Below are positions 1 to 15,055 of a DNA stretch of 64,000 nucleotides, piece by piece. The DNA lies in contig NC_043009.1 in assembly GCF_006345805.1 (NCBI RefSeq), positions 63,178,001 to 63,242,000 of the forward strand, read 5' to 3'. Both the position numbers and the translations under genes were made by a program. The notes beneath the pieces were generated by a model that was not told the origin of the DNA, searched no databases, and saw nothing but the letters and a program-made list of their open reading frames with translations. Each line of letters begins with the position of its first letter. The stretch's first letter is position 1. Source of the DNA: Octopus sinensis. Lineage: Eukaryota.

Positions 1-890
1 GCCTTTGATATACTTGGTAACTTTCAGTGTAGGCTTTAATTTCTATAGAAAAATTGTAGAGATAGCTAAAATGTGACTGAATCGCACTGCTAATACAGGT
101 AGGATGCAGTATTGGCTCATGGGCCTTTAATATTCTTGGTAGTATATTATGGTTGAAAAACGAAAGGCGTTGCCCCAACAATGAATATGTACGTATCAGT
201 TGCCAGGAATGTGTTTAATATGTAAAATTGGTGTGTCCATTTGTGTTACACGGCTACGTTTGGTGGTTATTTAAGCAAAGTGTTCGTAGATGCTTTTTGG
301 ATTGTAAGTGACGCTGAAGAAAGAATAATATCTCCCAAAATATGCATGTACTTACATTCTTGTTTTTCTATCTTCTCTGGCATTGTTTACATAGACGTAT
401 TTGTATACGAAACACCTTAACCTGCAGAGCTGGCTCTAATTTTTCATGTCAAAACGTAAAAAGTTGGAAGGAATGCTGTTAAGCATTTTGTCCGACGCAC
501 TTTTAATGGCTTGCCGTCTTAGAATCAGCCGCAAAATAACTATTATTTTTTCGAATTTAGGCACAAGGCCAGCAATTTTGAGGAGTTGGGTAGTCGATGC
601 CATCGACCCTTGTACCTGACTGGCATTTTATTTTATCGACTTCGGAAGGATGAAAGGCAAAGTTGACTACGGTGGTATTTGAACTCAGAACGTAAAGAAC
701 CGGAAGAAATACCTAAAAGCATTTTTTCTCACAACACTAACGGTTCTGACCGCAAATATATTTAACTTCATTCGTACGCATAAATTCATGAAATCTTCTT
801 GTGTGACTTACCTCATACATCCTCTTCGTTTTTCTATGACTGTGTCTTGTTCATCCCAACACGATTTTATAAACTCCCTCTAAAGGGAGT

Positions 891-936
<46 letters not shown>

Positions 937-2391
937 GTCCCGGAGAGGATAGGTCAAGGAAGTTATACAAGGAAGTCGCTTTAAAAAAATTTGTATAAAT
1001 TTAAGATAATGTAAATAACTTTGAAAGAAAACACAATAAATAAAATATCTTAAGAAGTACACAGAGAAACATTTAAGGTTACCCACCTATAGGCAAGTAA
1101 AAGCCCATTGCTTAGGTCAAGTTAGAGCACTCTACGCCCCTGCCCTCCAGATGCTGCTCATGCTGGAAAAGGGTGCATCCGGAAGTGTTCGCTAATATCT
1201 TTTAGGCAGGTGGGGGCATAATGCCCCCCAAAAATCACGTCTTGCTAGTATCTATTTTTAGCATGTGGTAAATCTCTAGTACCATCTTCGACATTTTCTT
1301 CTGAATTTCCTGTATCTTAACCGCATTTTGTTCTCACTAGCAGCTATAAAATTCTTTCGTCTGTCCATCAGCTCTTTTGTTTGGTACAGGAAGGAGCGCT
1401 TTGTACGACGAACGACTACAAATCTTTTTTTTTTTTATCGTCGTACTTCCTTTAGTTGGGTTTTGCACAACCTTTGAATCAGACTTCCACTTTCTATTTT
1501 TATCCCAGTAATTTCCAATTTCTCTCCGGCCCTCATTATGTCCTCGTTGTCACACTTTAGTACTGTTGGTGGGGGAAGAATGAAATCCCGATCACTGTAT
1601 TTTTGGACTGAGGATAAAGATGGATTCTCCGGTACTGTTTGTTTCGTATCAGTTTTTTAAAGCATCTTTTACTTGTTTCTGTCATTAGACTGTGGTCGTG
1701 CTGGAGCACTGCATTGAAGAGTTCTTTTTTTAAGTCGAACGAATCTATCCCAGTATTTTTTTAAAGCTTGGTACTTATTTTGTCGGGGTTAATTTTGCCG
1801 AACCGCTAAGTTACAGGGACATAAACAAACCAGCCCCAGTTACCAAGCGTTGCTGGGAGACACAGATATACACACAAAGACAAAGACATACACACACGCA
1901 CGCATGCACGAACACACGCACACACACACATACACACGACAGGCTTCTTCCCGTTTCCGTCTATCATATCTTCTCACTAGGCCAAGGTCGACTCGAGACT
2001 ACAGTAAAAAAAAAACCCTTGCTCAAGGTGCCACGCAGTGGGACTGAACCCGGAAACATGTGATTGGGAAGCAGATCTCTTACCACACAGCCACGCCTAC
2101 GCCTCATGTCTTCAGTAGTTTTCTCTTGTAAATGCGAAGGGAAAGACAAAAATATCTATAAATAAAAAGTGATCGCCATAGAAAGAACTTTCAATCCATT
2201 CCTGGCGACCTGAATTTATAAAAACTTCAGAATAAAGAATAATTGAATAAGAGTAAGCGTGATTAAAGATAGAATGGTTAAGACTTTGCTGAATTTATAA
2301 AAGGCTAAAAGTTTATTTTAGAATTTTCATTTAATGAGATAACTAAAACTTGTAATAATTTATTGTATTTGCTGTACAGTTTAAACACAAG

Positions 2392-2433
<42 letters not shown>

Positions 2434-4621
2434 TAAATACATACATATATACATATATATACATACACTTTACTTGTGGATTAACAAGGCTACCATTTGT
2501 AGCCTTGTTGTTTTTTCATTCAAGGAACACGATCATTCCGTATGGCAGGCTTGATAATTGCTAAGATTCCTCCAACATGAAACCAACGGTAGCTTTGTAA
2601 ACCAACCCTTCAGTTTTATTGATTTTTCTCCTAGAAGGGGGTGTCTCTGGGCATCGGTAATGCAGCAGTGACCTGCCTGGGTAAATTTGCCATTTAATTA
2701 AAAAAATTTCATCAAAATCGGATGAAAAATATGGAAACGCATAAAAAGCATACGTACACACACGCGCACACACACACACAACACACACACAGACGTTTCG
2801 CGATTTATAGATATCGATGATATTCTTTTACTCTTTTACTTGTTTCAGTCATGTAATTGCGGCTATGCTGGAGCACCGCGTTTCGTCGGGCAAATCGACC
2901 CCGGGACTTATTCTTTGTAAGCCTAGTACTTATTCTATCGGTATCTTTTGCCGAACCGCTAAGTTAGGGGGACATAAACACACCAGCATCGGTTGTCAAG
3001 CAATGCTAGGGGGACAAATATGGACACACAAACATATACACACACACATATATACATATATACTACGGGGTTCTTTCAGTTTCTGTCTACCAAATCCATT
3101 CACAAGGCAGTGGTCAGTCCGTGTCTATAGTATAGACACTTGCCTAGGATGCCACATAGTGAGACTGAACCCGGAACCACGCAGTTGGGAAGCTACCTTT
3201 TTACCACACAGCCACGCCTTCGCCTATTGATAAATTTATACAAGTTTTATATTTATAAATTCCTCTGTGTGTGTGTGTGTGTGCGTGCGTGTTCTTTCCT
3301 AATCCTGTTTTAACGCCACTTTAGTCAAGCCTAGTGTTACGCTAATTAGAAATCGATTAGATAAACCACACATTGATAAGTACACAATGGTATGAATTGG
3401 TTCGTAACGCTTACCACATAAACCGCACATCGCCATGTCACGTCAAATCTACCCGAATCATAGACTCACAGGCAAAGTTGAAGCCTATCCGGATGCTTGT
3501 CCCGCTCACTCGGATTATAATTGCTTTGATGTTGCCACACAAGTTTTTTGCGGTTCGTTTCCGGATGGCTTCAGTTATAATTTACTAATGGAGTGTCAAA
3601 TGATATCAAAGTCGCAACAACAACAACAATAGCCACAACAACTTTTATGCTTACAACAACAACAACACCACCACCACCACCACCACCACCACCAGCAACA
3701 ACAACAACAACAACAACGAAATAACGTACGTATTACAGGAATAAAAACCGGAGCAATATCCACAACAACAACAACAACATTAATTGAGAAAATGTTCGCC
3801 GGTTCACTTCCAACCGTGGTTCTGAAATTGGCAAGTATTAAGCTCCACCCCTCTGATTTATAATGAGACCCACCCCCCAACTCTTTATCAATGGTTTCTG
3901 ATTTTGGTTCAAGACAAACAGTTTTGAAGGGTGGGGATTGGTTGATTCCGTCGACCCCAGTACTTGACTGGTACTTTATTTTATCGATCTCAGCAGAATG
4001 AAAGGCAAAGTCGATCTCAGTGGGATTTGAACTCAGAACCGGAAGAAATACTGATTTCAGATTTTGGAACAAGGCCAGGAATTTCAGGAGATGGGGGTTA
4101 ATCGATCATATCGACGCCAGTGTTCAATTGGTACTCGTTTTATCGACCCAGGAAGGGAGGAAAGGCATAGTCAACTACAACAGAACTTGAATTCAGGCGC
4201 AGTTGTGTGGTAAGAAGCTTGTTTCCCAACCACATGGTTCTGGGTTCAGTTCCACTGCGTGGAACCTTGGGCAAGTGTCTTCTACTATAGTTTTGGGCCG
4301 ACCAAAGCCTTGTGAGTGGATTCGGTAGACAGAAACCGGAAGATATATATATATATATATATCGGGGTCGATTAAATAAGTACCAGTTACGCACTGGGGT
4401 TGATATAATCGACTTAATCGGTTTGTCTGTCCTTGTTCGTCCCCTCTGTGCTTAGCCCCTTGTGGGTAGTAAAAAAAAATCAGCCACAGAACCAGTTAGA
4501 TGATGAACAGCTGGGTTAGCCAAACCCAGTTTGAGAAACATTATATTGAGATGTAGTGTGGATTTTCATAAAATACATAGATAGAGGGTGGTGTGTACTG
4601 AGGTTTTGAAAGATGCTTATA

Positions 4622-4833
4622 CAAGGGGTGTTGAAAAGCTCCTGGCTTTGGGTTAAAAAAAATACAGTGAGATCAGTTAATTATGATTATTCAACGTATT
4701 TCCCTCCCAGATTCACACTTATTACAGCAGCCCTTCTCTTTTTCTAAGCTCTGTAAAAGAACTCGGAAGATTGGGCCTCCAACCAGGCCTTTCGCGACAC
4801 CCTTAAAGCCAGGGATTTTTCACCACCTCCTCG
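4622..4833. mobile_element. mariner-like MITE
   Basis: ~28-bp imperfect TIRs (caaggggtgttgaaaagctcctggcttt / aaagccagggatttttcaccacctcctcg) with TA on both sides. Confidence 0.75.
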
Positions 4834-7415
4834 TAGATAATTTTAATTAAGCAAACATAATTTATCGAAACGTTCTTCCGTTTTCCCTAACAGTGACCTA
4901 ATCAGAATAAACTCGTAAATAGAGTTTACTGCAAAATTATTCAATGTTTCGTGACTTAACTGCAGAACCATTCGAAGTTAATTGACTTATTTAATGATTG
5001 CGCAGTGAAAATAAATGGTTTATGTAATTATATAGTTCTCAGTAATCAATAAATGGCTTTCTATTTACATTCCCAATGGATTAATGATTAAATTAAGTGA
5101 TGTGCTGACTGCCAGAACCTCCAGCAACATGAAGGAAAGAGGTTACTCAGCTTGAAACTACACTAAGTTCATTTTCAAACGCAACTCAAAGTCAAAATAA
5201 GCGAAATAGAATTACGAGTTAAAATGAGTTCAACTTTTAAATTGAATTGCCAGCGTGACGTCACTGGTTTAGCAATTTTGGTTGTGTTTGTACTCTGTCT
5301 TTATGATGGTAGGTTTACTAATCTACAAACCTTTGGAGAGGCATGCAATAGAAGAAAGAAATATTTAATTTATTTAATGGAAAACAGATATTATTTTATA
5401 GAAATTTTGTTGAAGTATTTGGATTGGTGAGGAGGTGCAATGGCCCAGTGGCAGGGCAGCGGAATCGCGGTCGGAGAGTCGCGGTTTCGATTCCCAGACC
5501 GGGCGTTGTGTGTGTTTATTGAGCGAAAACACCTAAAAGCTCCACGAGGCTCCGGCAGGGGGTGGTGTCGATTCCTGTTGTACTCTTTCGCCACAACTTT
5601 CTCTCACTCTCTCTTCCTGTTTCTTGAGTAAAGCTGCGATGAACTGGCGTCCCGGCCAGCTGGGGAGAACACATACGCCACAGAAACCGGGAAAGCGGGC
5701 CCATGAGCCTGGCTAGGCTTGAAAAGGGCGACGTTTATCGTTTATTTGGATTGGTAGGAACAATTTCAGGTTCTGTTTAAAACATAACAAAATAAACGGA
5801 AAATCGGAATCTAAGTCCCGACAAACCCTATCCCCTGAAAATTATAAGCCCTGTGCTTAAATTAGAAGCCGTTATTATTTGATTCCTTTTTCTTCGAGAT
5901 GAATTAAATCTGGATCGGCAAAGTTGTTAATATGGACCCCTGAGTAACTATGTGACTATCCAAGGGGGTCGATTAACATTAGATATTCCGACTATATCAG
6001 TATAATATGACAATGTTCATCGTCCTTTATCAATTTCGTTAAGTATTTTCATTAAATTTCTTTAAATATTTCTTAAGAAACGACAACGACTCAAAAGAAC
6101 GAAGGAATGGTTTGTTTTAAACCAAGACATTTTTTTATTGATTATTCTTTATAATTTTATTTGAAAAATTCAGACGATTGTGATCGATAAGTTATCAACG
6201 ATTCATTGAAGGGCTCAGTGAAGGCGCATGGCTTTGTGATTAGGGATTAGGGCGTTGCATTCTCGATCGCCGGATCGAGGGTTCGATTCCCCGACTAGGC
6301 GGTGTGTTGTGTTCTTGAGCAAAATAATTCCTTCATTCCACGTTGCTCCAGTGCTGTGTGGGGATCCGCATGTCAAAGAATAGACCCCTTGTTTCCTCTG
6401 CGTGACAAACAAAAAAAAAGGTAATTAAAAAACGTTGAATTTAGGACTTGCCCTTCTGAGTTCAAATTCCGCCGAGGTCGACTTTGCTTTTCATCCTTTC
6501 GGGATCGATTTAAATAAGTACCAGTTACGTACTGGGGTCGATATAATTGACTTAATCCGTTTGTCTGTCCTTGTTTGTCCCCTCTGTGTTTAGCCCCTTG
6601 TGGGTAGTAAAGAAATAAGTATGTCGTCTGCTGCTACGTTCTGAGTTCAAATTCCGCCGAGGTCGACTTTGCTTTTTATCCTTTCGGGGTCGATTAAATA
6701 AGTACCAGTTACGCACTGGGGTCGATTTAATCGACTTAATCCCCTTGTTTGTCCCCTCTGTGTTTAGTCCCTTGTGGCCAATAAAGAAGCAACAGAATGG
6801 CAAGGAGCAATGCCAAACATTTGTTTTTTTTTTATGTAAAGTTATCAAAGACCTTCCATACTTCACGAATATTCTCGAATGTGTGTGTGGACATTAGCGT
6901 CTGTGTATGTACGTGGATGTGTGTGTGTATGGATCTCTGCGTGTGTAGATGTGAGTGCAGGTATGTGTATTTATGTTAGCGTGTAAGCATTAGTATTTGT
7001 GTTTGTGTGTATGTGTGCATTTATGTGTCCGAGTGTGTGTATGTGTGTAGATATATGCATATGTGCGTATATATATCTGTGTCAGTATGTGTGTGCATGT
7101 GTATGTGAATGTATGTGTGTGTATGTGTGTTTATGTTAGTGTGTTAGCATGTGTATTTGTGTTTGTGTGCATATGTGCGTGTAGGCGTACGTGTGCATTT
7201 GTGTGTCCCCGAGTGTGTGTATGTGTATGTTTGTGCTTGTGTAGATATATGCCTGTGCGCGTATGTATATCTGTGTGTGTTAGTGTGTGCGAGTATGTGT
7301 GCATGTGTGCGTGCGTGTGTGTGTGCGCGCGTGTGCGTGTGTGTGCGTATGTGTGTGTGTGTGTGCGTATGTGTGTGTGTGCGTATGTGTGTGTGTATGT
7401 GTGTGTGTGTGTGTG

Positions 7416-7589
7416 TATTTGTATTTGCGTATGTGTGTTTGTGTGTGTGTGTATGTGTGTGTGTGTGTGTGTATTTGTATTTGCGTATGTGTGTTTGTGT
7501 GTGTGTGTGATGTGTGTGTGTGTGTGTGTGTATTTGTATTTGCGTATGTGTGTTTGTGTGTGTGTGTATGTGTATTTGTATTTGCGTAT

Positions 7590-7623
<34 letters not shown>

Positions 7624-7697
7624 ATTTGTATTTGCGTATGTGTGTTTGTGTGTGTGTGTATGTGTGTGTGTGTGTGTGTGTATTTGTATTTGCGTAT

Positions 7698-7741
<44 letters not shown>

Positions 7742-8050
7742 TTGTATTTGCGTATGTGTGTTTGTGTGTGTGTATGTGTGTGTGGTGTGTGTATTTGTAT
7801 TTGCGTATGTGTGTTTGGTGTGTGTGTGTATGTGTGTGTGTGTGTGTGTGTTGTATGTAATGTATTTGGTGTGTGTTTGTGTGTGGTGTGTATGTGTGTG
7901 TGTGTGTGGTGTGTATTTGTATTTGCGTATGTGTGTTTGTGTGTGTGTGTATGTGTGTGTGTGTGTGTGTATTTGTATTTGCGTATGTGTGTTTGTGTGT
8001 GTGTTGTATGTGTGTGTGTGTGTGTGTGTGTGTTTGTATTTGCGTAACTG
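7416..8050. repeat. Higher-order (GT)n array punctuated by gtatttgtatttgcgtatgtgtgttt
   Basis: About 11 copies of the ~26-bp motif separated by variable (GT)n. Confidence 0.85.
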
Positions 8051-8383
8051 TAGGAAATATTTATCTGGTTGAGGTAGATTGGTAAAACAAGGGAATGAAC
8101 ATTCAGCGAATCTAAGATTCTTGTTCAGTTTTTTTTCCTCTTTGAATGTTGAGCACCGATGCCAACGGTAATTGCCAATTCTTGCCGAAGATCCAAGAAA
8201 ACATTTTTTTAAAGACATTTTCTATTTATTTTACTTGAATTCAATATTTTTGAAGTAGTAGCTGTGGTGGTGTTAGTGATGGTAGTGGTGGTAGTAGTGA
8301 CAGTAGTTGTAGTAGTATTAGTGGTGATTGCGACAGCAGCAGTAGTAGTAGTGGTAGTGGTGGTGGTGGTGGTGGTGGTGGTG

Positions 8384-8436
<53 letters not shown>

Positions 8437-8948
8437 TAATGATAACACCAGCAACCAACTATTTGTTTAGCCATTTTAAAATATTTTTCAAGTTGTGCGT
8501 GAAAAAAATAAAAAAAAGAAAAAAGTCCTATATCCTTTCCTTCCTAAACCCTATTTTTTCATTTTTTTTTTCCCTCTCTCGTCCGAAAAATTTGTGTAAA
8601 TTAATATTCTTGTAAAAGAACTGGTCTTTTTTATCGTCGAAGGCATCTGTCGCAGAAAACATATGAAGCGTTTCTGTCAACAAAATTTTTATTTTTCATC
8701 AAAAGTCGAATCTATTTATACAACCAGGAAGAGAGCAGAATGAAACATCTGATAGTGTATGTATGTATATATATATGTATGTATGTGCGAATGTGTGTGT
8801 ATGTGTGTGTGTATGTGTGTATGTATGTATATATATGTATATATGTTTGTGTGCGTATACGCACACTCATAAATGTATGCATATTTATACACGTATATCT
8901 GTGCATGCATTTATATATACGTATATATATACAAATATGTATATATTT

Positions 8949-8983
<35 letters not shown>

Positions 8984-9008
8984 CACAATACATATATATA
9001 TATATAGA

Positions 9009-9054
<46 letters not shown>

Positions 9055-9074
9055 CATTATATATATATATACAT

Positions 9075-9115
<41 letters not shown>

Positions 9116-9243
9116 CATATATATGCACACATACATATATATTATACACATATATGTACATATCTATACATATATACATACCTGCCTACATACATGCATA
9201 TTTATATATATATATTATATTATTATATATATACGTATGAGTG

Positions 9244-9274
<31 letters not shown>

Positions 9275-10904
9275 GAGGAATCATCACCGTCGTAACAAGC
9301 AAAAGATTCTAAGTTTAAAGGTGATACGGAAATGGATGTTGTGAGAGTCATCCTTTTCCAAAATGAATTACCCGTGTAAAACGAAGTGGCCTCTCGTAGA
9401 AATCGAAACCGCGTCACACTTTACGTACAGCACTTACTTTAGACTTTTGAGGCAACTATTAGAGCTAGATGATTACATAATGATGATTTTACGTAAGATT
9501 GGTAATCGATACCATTATCCCCACCCTTTTTGTCGGTTCATAGGTTTCCTTCGAAATTGACATTATCGAGATATCTTGAAAATCTACCCGAAACACTATC
9601 AGGAAGCCATCGTTTGTGAATTGATTGTCACAGATGACATACGACGTAACCAGTCATGAAACAAAGAACTTATGTTGCGTGCTGTCGGCAATTATCTCCC
9701 TTCTGCTTCGACTTGGATGCCTTCGTCAGCAACATTAAGGGCCACTTAACATGGAAGGTCAGCAAATGTCATTTAGAGGTATTAAACTTGATTTTAAACC
9801 GAACATTCGTGTCCTCAATTCTCTTTACCGACCACCCAAGATTTAGCATTTTCTCTGGTTTCTTTTAGAGTTTGTTACGCGAAAACATGCACAGTCATAC
9901 GTAATTCTGTACTAAGTGTGTATTATTTGTTAGAAGTGGTTGCTACAGCAATGTCTGTTGGTGCAGAATATAGCAACAAGCGTTGATTGGCGAAGAATAT
10001 CATTTGGGTAAAAGTATTGAATATCTTTTGAAAGAGAACTTGTTTTCTTCAAATTGCGTTAAACGTTTTATCTGGATGATTTATTGAAATAAATATAACC
10101 CAAAGAGTTAAGTCTGTTTAAAGCAGGCTTTTGTTCAGTTCTACTGTCACAAACAGCAGATTACAAAGTATTTATTGCTGCAGCTGAAGAATCTCGCAGA
10201 ATTTCAACAATTAGCATTGTTATTAGAATATCACGATAAGGCGGCGAGCTGGCAGAAACGTTAACACGCCGGGCGAAATGCGTAGCCGTATTTCGCCCGT
10301 CTCTACGTTCTGAGTTCAAATTCCGCCGAGATCGACTTTGCCTTTCATCCTTTCGGGGTCGATTAAATAAGTACCAGTTACGCTCTGGGGTCGATATAAT
10401 CGACTTAATCCATTTGTCTGTTCTTGTTTGTCCTCTCTGTGTTTAGCCCCTTGTGGGTAGTAAAGAAATAGGTATTTCGTCTGCCGTTACGTTCTGAGTT
10501 CAAATTCCGCCGAGGTCAACTTTGCCTTTCATCCCTTCGGGGTCGATAAATTAAATACCAGTTACGCACTGGGGTCGATGTAATTGACTTAATCCCTTTG
10601 TCTGTTCTTGTTTGTCCCCTCTGTGTTTAGCCCCTTGTGGGCAATAAAGAAATAGAGTGAATGCCCGATGGAAAATATGAAAAGTAAGACGAGTTTCAAA
10701 TTTTGGAAGAAGGTTAACAATTTCAGGGGAGAGGAGAAGTGGAATACATCGATGCCAGTGCTAAAATTGTACTTATTTTAGCGACCCCGAAAGGATGAAA
10801 AGCAAAGTCGAACTCGGCAGAATTTGAACTCAGAACGTAAATACGGAAGAAATCCTACTATGCATTCTGTCCAGCGCGCTATCGATTCTGCCCCTCCTCT
10901 CAAA

Positions 10905-11180
10905 CAGCTTTCTATCTAGATCACTGCGCTATTTCCTGCAGAAGATAGGTCTGAAACCCAGGCCACTGAAGAAAGCCATCAAGGAAATCGGGACGGCTGC
11001 TGAAACTAGATCAGAATGGTTATAACTGGTGAGAGACGGCAAGTGGAACCCTTCCGTAGGAGAAGTGTAGCTTAGTCCTCGCTACCCCAGTCAAGCGAAG
11101 CGAACAGGCTAAGGGGTGAAACGTTCGTGACCCTGAGATACCTGATGACGATACGGAAGGGTCCCCAGCAGTGTAAGAGA
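10905..11180 (+). mobile_element. 3' end of an R2-superfamily (HERO/NeSL-like) LINE
   Basis: FLSRSLRYFLQKIGL...LKKAIKEIGTAAETRSEWL*LVR resembles HERO-type C-termini (recalled motif, not searched); followed by a putative 3' UTR. Confidence 0.5.
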
Positions 11181-11478
11181 TTTAGAAGAGCTTGCAAAGC
11201 CTCTGAGTAGCTCCTACTATTTCTGCGGGGGAAAAAGCACAGTACCGTAGTCTTCGGCTACTTTAAACTATTGTAAATTTCTACTAATCGCCAACTTATT
11301 AGTGGTTGTTTCGCATTGCATTTTTTACAGATGAAACATTGACCCTGTTGGAGTCATTTCCATACCTAATCCTTATATTTTCTTGTAGGAGTTCTGAATG
11401 AGAGGGGAAGATGCGAGACGACTACCAAAAATGGCCTTGTAAAAGTTTTTGGTCACCTCACATGAACCTATCAAAGTA

Positions 11479-12090
11479 CAGTGCTTTAAAACAGAAAAAC
11501 GTCTAAAATGAACATTTATTACATAATGTTCGTTTCAAGAAGTTACTATACATTGTTGATATTTCGTGTGGCTTCCCTTAGCTTCAATAATTGCTTCAAT
11601 GCACCTGGGAAGAGATGTGTACAAATTCTTCACCATCTTCACAGGTATGAGATGCCATTCTCTGTGGCTGAACTCCCACAACTCTTCGAGATTGCGTGGA
11701 TTCTTCTGACGAACTCTTCTCTTCAGTTCTGTTCACATCTGCTGGATGATATTTAAGTCAGGGCTCTGGCTGATGAGGGTGTTACCGCATCGAAAGATTG
11801 GCCTGCTCAGACTCTGTTGTGTTGCACGTGATCTGTGGCATGGAGCTCCATCATGCAGAAAAATCTCATCTTCATCCAAATCTATTATCGAACTGTCCTT
11901 CAGCAACTGGATGTATCTGGCACTATTCAGGTTACTGTCAATTTTAACCAAATTCCTTGAACCATCACTTTTTATGCATCTCCAAAGCATCAGACTCTTA
12001 CCCCCAAATTCAGTTTTCTTCGTGTAACGTGGGTCGTTTCGTTTTCTTGGAATCCTTCTGACAAGTTCTTGCTTTCTAAGAAGGCGAAAC
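11479..12090 (-). mobile_element. Tc1-family transposon remnant (catalytic domain to C-terminus and one terminus)
   Basis: GGKSLMLW.CI, HDGAPCHRS, SQSPDLNII, then (after a stop) LKRRV...LPRCIEAIIEAKGSHTKY; TA-CAGTGC terminus at 11477-11484. Confidence 0.85.
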
Positions 12091-12323
12091 AACCCACACG
12101 ACCCCTCCACGCACATCTAAGTATTACTTGATAGGTTAGGGGAGGGTGGTCACATTTCTATCAAATATACAGCGTTTATTTGACTAATGCACCCATAACA
12201 TTGTAAACATGTTTTAAAGACCGCCCCTAACTTTATCACAGAATTGGTGTTAATATTTAACATTCAATGTAAACTTCAAAATGAGCTACGGCTTGATTAT
12301 GCTACAAACTATACATATAGATA

Positions 12324-12359
<36 letters not shown>

Positions 12360-12466
12360 TATATATATAATATATATATATATATACAGATATATATATA
12401 TTTATATATTTATATTATATAATATATATATATATGTTATATATATATATATATATATATATACAG

Positions 12467-12499
<33 letters not shown>

Positions 12500-13080
12500 A
12501 TATATATAATCATATATAATATACACATACATATGTAAACATAAACATACATAAGCATAATATATATACATCTCCAATACACATACATTCTCATATATGT
12601 TTATATACAACATAAAACATACATGCAAACACATGCACGTAAACATGTGTGTGTATATGGGTGCGAATGTTTATATGTGTGTGTGTGAGAGAAAGAGGAA
12701 AAAGAGGAGAGTGAGAGATAGAAAGAGAGAGATAGAGAGAGAGGAGAGGGGGGGGGAGAATAGCGCGTGTGTTAGCGATAAATGTCTGATCTTGCACAGG
12801 TACATGCAGGAATGTTATTACATGTGCGGCGAAGGGAACCTATTTGAAGAAAGGAGAGGATGATGTGCTACACGCAGGTAACCAAGGTATGCAAATGCAA
12901 CCTGAATGGAAATTGCCGGCGCATGTCTGTCTGTCTGTCTGTCTGTCTGTGTGTCTGTGTGTCTGTGTGAATGCGTTGAGAGAAAAGAAATGGTAGGAGT
13001 TTTTGTGAGAGTGATTGTTTGGAAAAATAAATACGCCCACCACCTCGCATTCAGCGCGTTGCATTAACCTGTGCATCAAC

Positions 13081-13180
13081 NNNNNNNNNNNNNNNNNNNN
13101 NNNNNNNNNNNNNNNNNNNNNNNNNNNNNNNNNNNNNNNNNNNNNNNNNNNNNNNNNNNNNNNNNNNNNNNNNNNNNNNN
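13081..13180. other. Assembly gap (100 N)
   Basis: Run of exactly 100 N, typical of a scaffolding join; the two sides may not be contiguous. Confidence 0.98.
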
Positions 13181-13967
13181 TATGTATGTATGTGTGTATG
13201 TATGTATGTATATATGTATGTATGTATGTATGTATATGTGTGTTTGTGTGTATGTATGTATGTATGTACGTATGAATGTATGTATGTATGTATGTATGTA
13301 TGTATGTGTGTGTTTGTGTGTATGTATGTGTGTGTGTATGTATGTATGTGTGTATGTGTGTATGTATGTATGTATGTATATGTATGTCTAAACGTGTGTG
13401 TGTGTCTTTATGTCTAAGTGTTGATGTATGTGTGCGTGTGCGTGTATGTCCGTCGGTGTGTGTGTCTGTGTATGACTGTATGTACGCGAGTGTCAATATG
13501 GGTGCGTGGGTGTGAGTGTCAGCTGGTGTCAGTGTGTGTGTGTGTGTGTGTGGAGCGGTGCTTAATTATATGCTTTCGTACAGATGTTACGTCAATGTCT
13601 GTTTCATCTTTTATCGTCATCCACCCCTTATCCACCCTAGTTTCCCCACCTACAAACTATATTGGTCTCACCTGACCAAGGATATTTTCAGTTAGTGTTT
13701 ACGGATTTATGGATGTATATGCGTGTGTATCTATATCTATATCTATATCTATATATATAAAATTATGTGTACGTGTGTATATGTATATACATACATGCGT
13801 ATATTTATCAATGTATGTGTATTTATGTATGTATAAATGAATGGAACAGAGCTTGTGTTATTTCATTAAGCGGTTATATATGTGTGTGTGTTTGTGTGAG
13901 TGTACATATCTATGTGTATATGTATATTACACATATATATATATATTAATATATAATATATATTATA

Positions 13968-14013
<46 letters not shown>

Positions 14014-14475
14014 GATGTATGTGTATTTGTATATATGTAAGTGCGTGTGTGTGTATATATATTATTTATACGTGTATATATATATTAAAGAGTAAGTGTA
14101 TGTTTGTATGTATATATGTATGCGGATGTGTATAAGTGTTTGTGTTTATATGTGTGTAAACAGAGGTAAAAAAATGTATGGAAGTAATAAGGGATAAATG
14201 TAGAAGAGTTTGAAGTGAAGCGAGAGTGGTTGAAGTAGGATAGGGGTCAGGGTTATATATTGCTTCCGTTGTCCAGAAATGTTTATCATAAACAGTGATG
14301 GGTCTGTTCTTTCTTCTTCTTCCTCTTTATTCCGTCCACCAAGTCTGTGCGCCAACGAAAAAGAATAAAAAAAAAATAGTAAAGAAGGAAAGAGAAAACA
14401 AAAAAACAAAACGAAATATCATCTTGGCGGTCACATGACACATAGGCATACATTTCGAATAAGATAATACACTCC

Positions 14476-14542
<67 letters not shown>

Positions 14543-14993
14543 GCGTTATAAACAAATACAAACACGTGCGTGTACACACATACGTAGTTTAAAGCTGTAG
14601 TAAACACATTACAAATCTGAGTGAACTAAATTCTAATAACTATACATGTCGACGTGTTCGATCTGGTCACACACACACACACACATAAACACACACATAC
14701 GCACACTCACACACAAATACACACATATTTTAAATATTTATGTGCCCCAGCATGGCCACAGCTCATAAGCTGAAACTGGAATCAATCAATCAATCATATA
14801 TATACATGTCTATCTATATATATATCAAAAGGATGTGTTCTAATACTATTCCACATATACAAAAAAAAAAGGCATTCCAACAATCCAACATCCTTCATCA
14901 TCAGCTGCCCCACGGATATCATTATGGTATTATATGTTGTATATATGCATATATATGTATGTATATATATATATATATATATATATTATAGAT

Positions 14994-15055
<62 letters not shown>

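Noticed and set aside
1130-1640. Possible piggyBac-like remnant (gggggcataatgccccc palindrome)
   Set aside because: No convincing transposase motif or TTAA-flanked terminus found.
7063-8218. Long ORFs (up to 312 aa) rich in C/V/Y or H/T
   Set aside because: Translations of (GT)n/(AC)n microsatellites; stop-free by composition. The same applies to the YI, IYLS, poly-N/T/V/L ORFs throughout the window.
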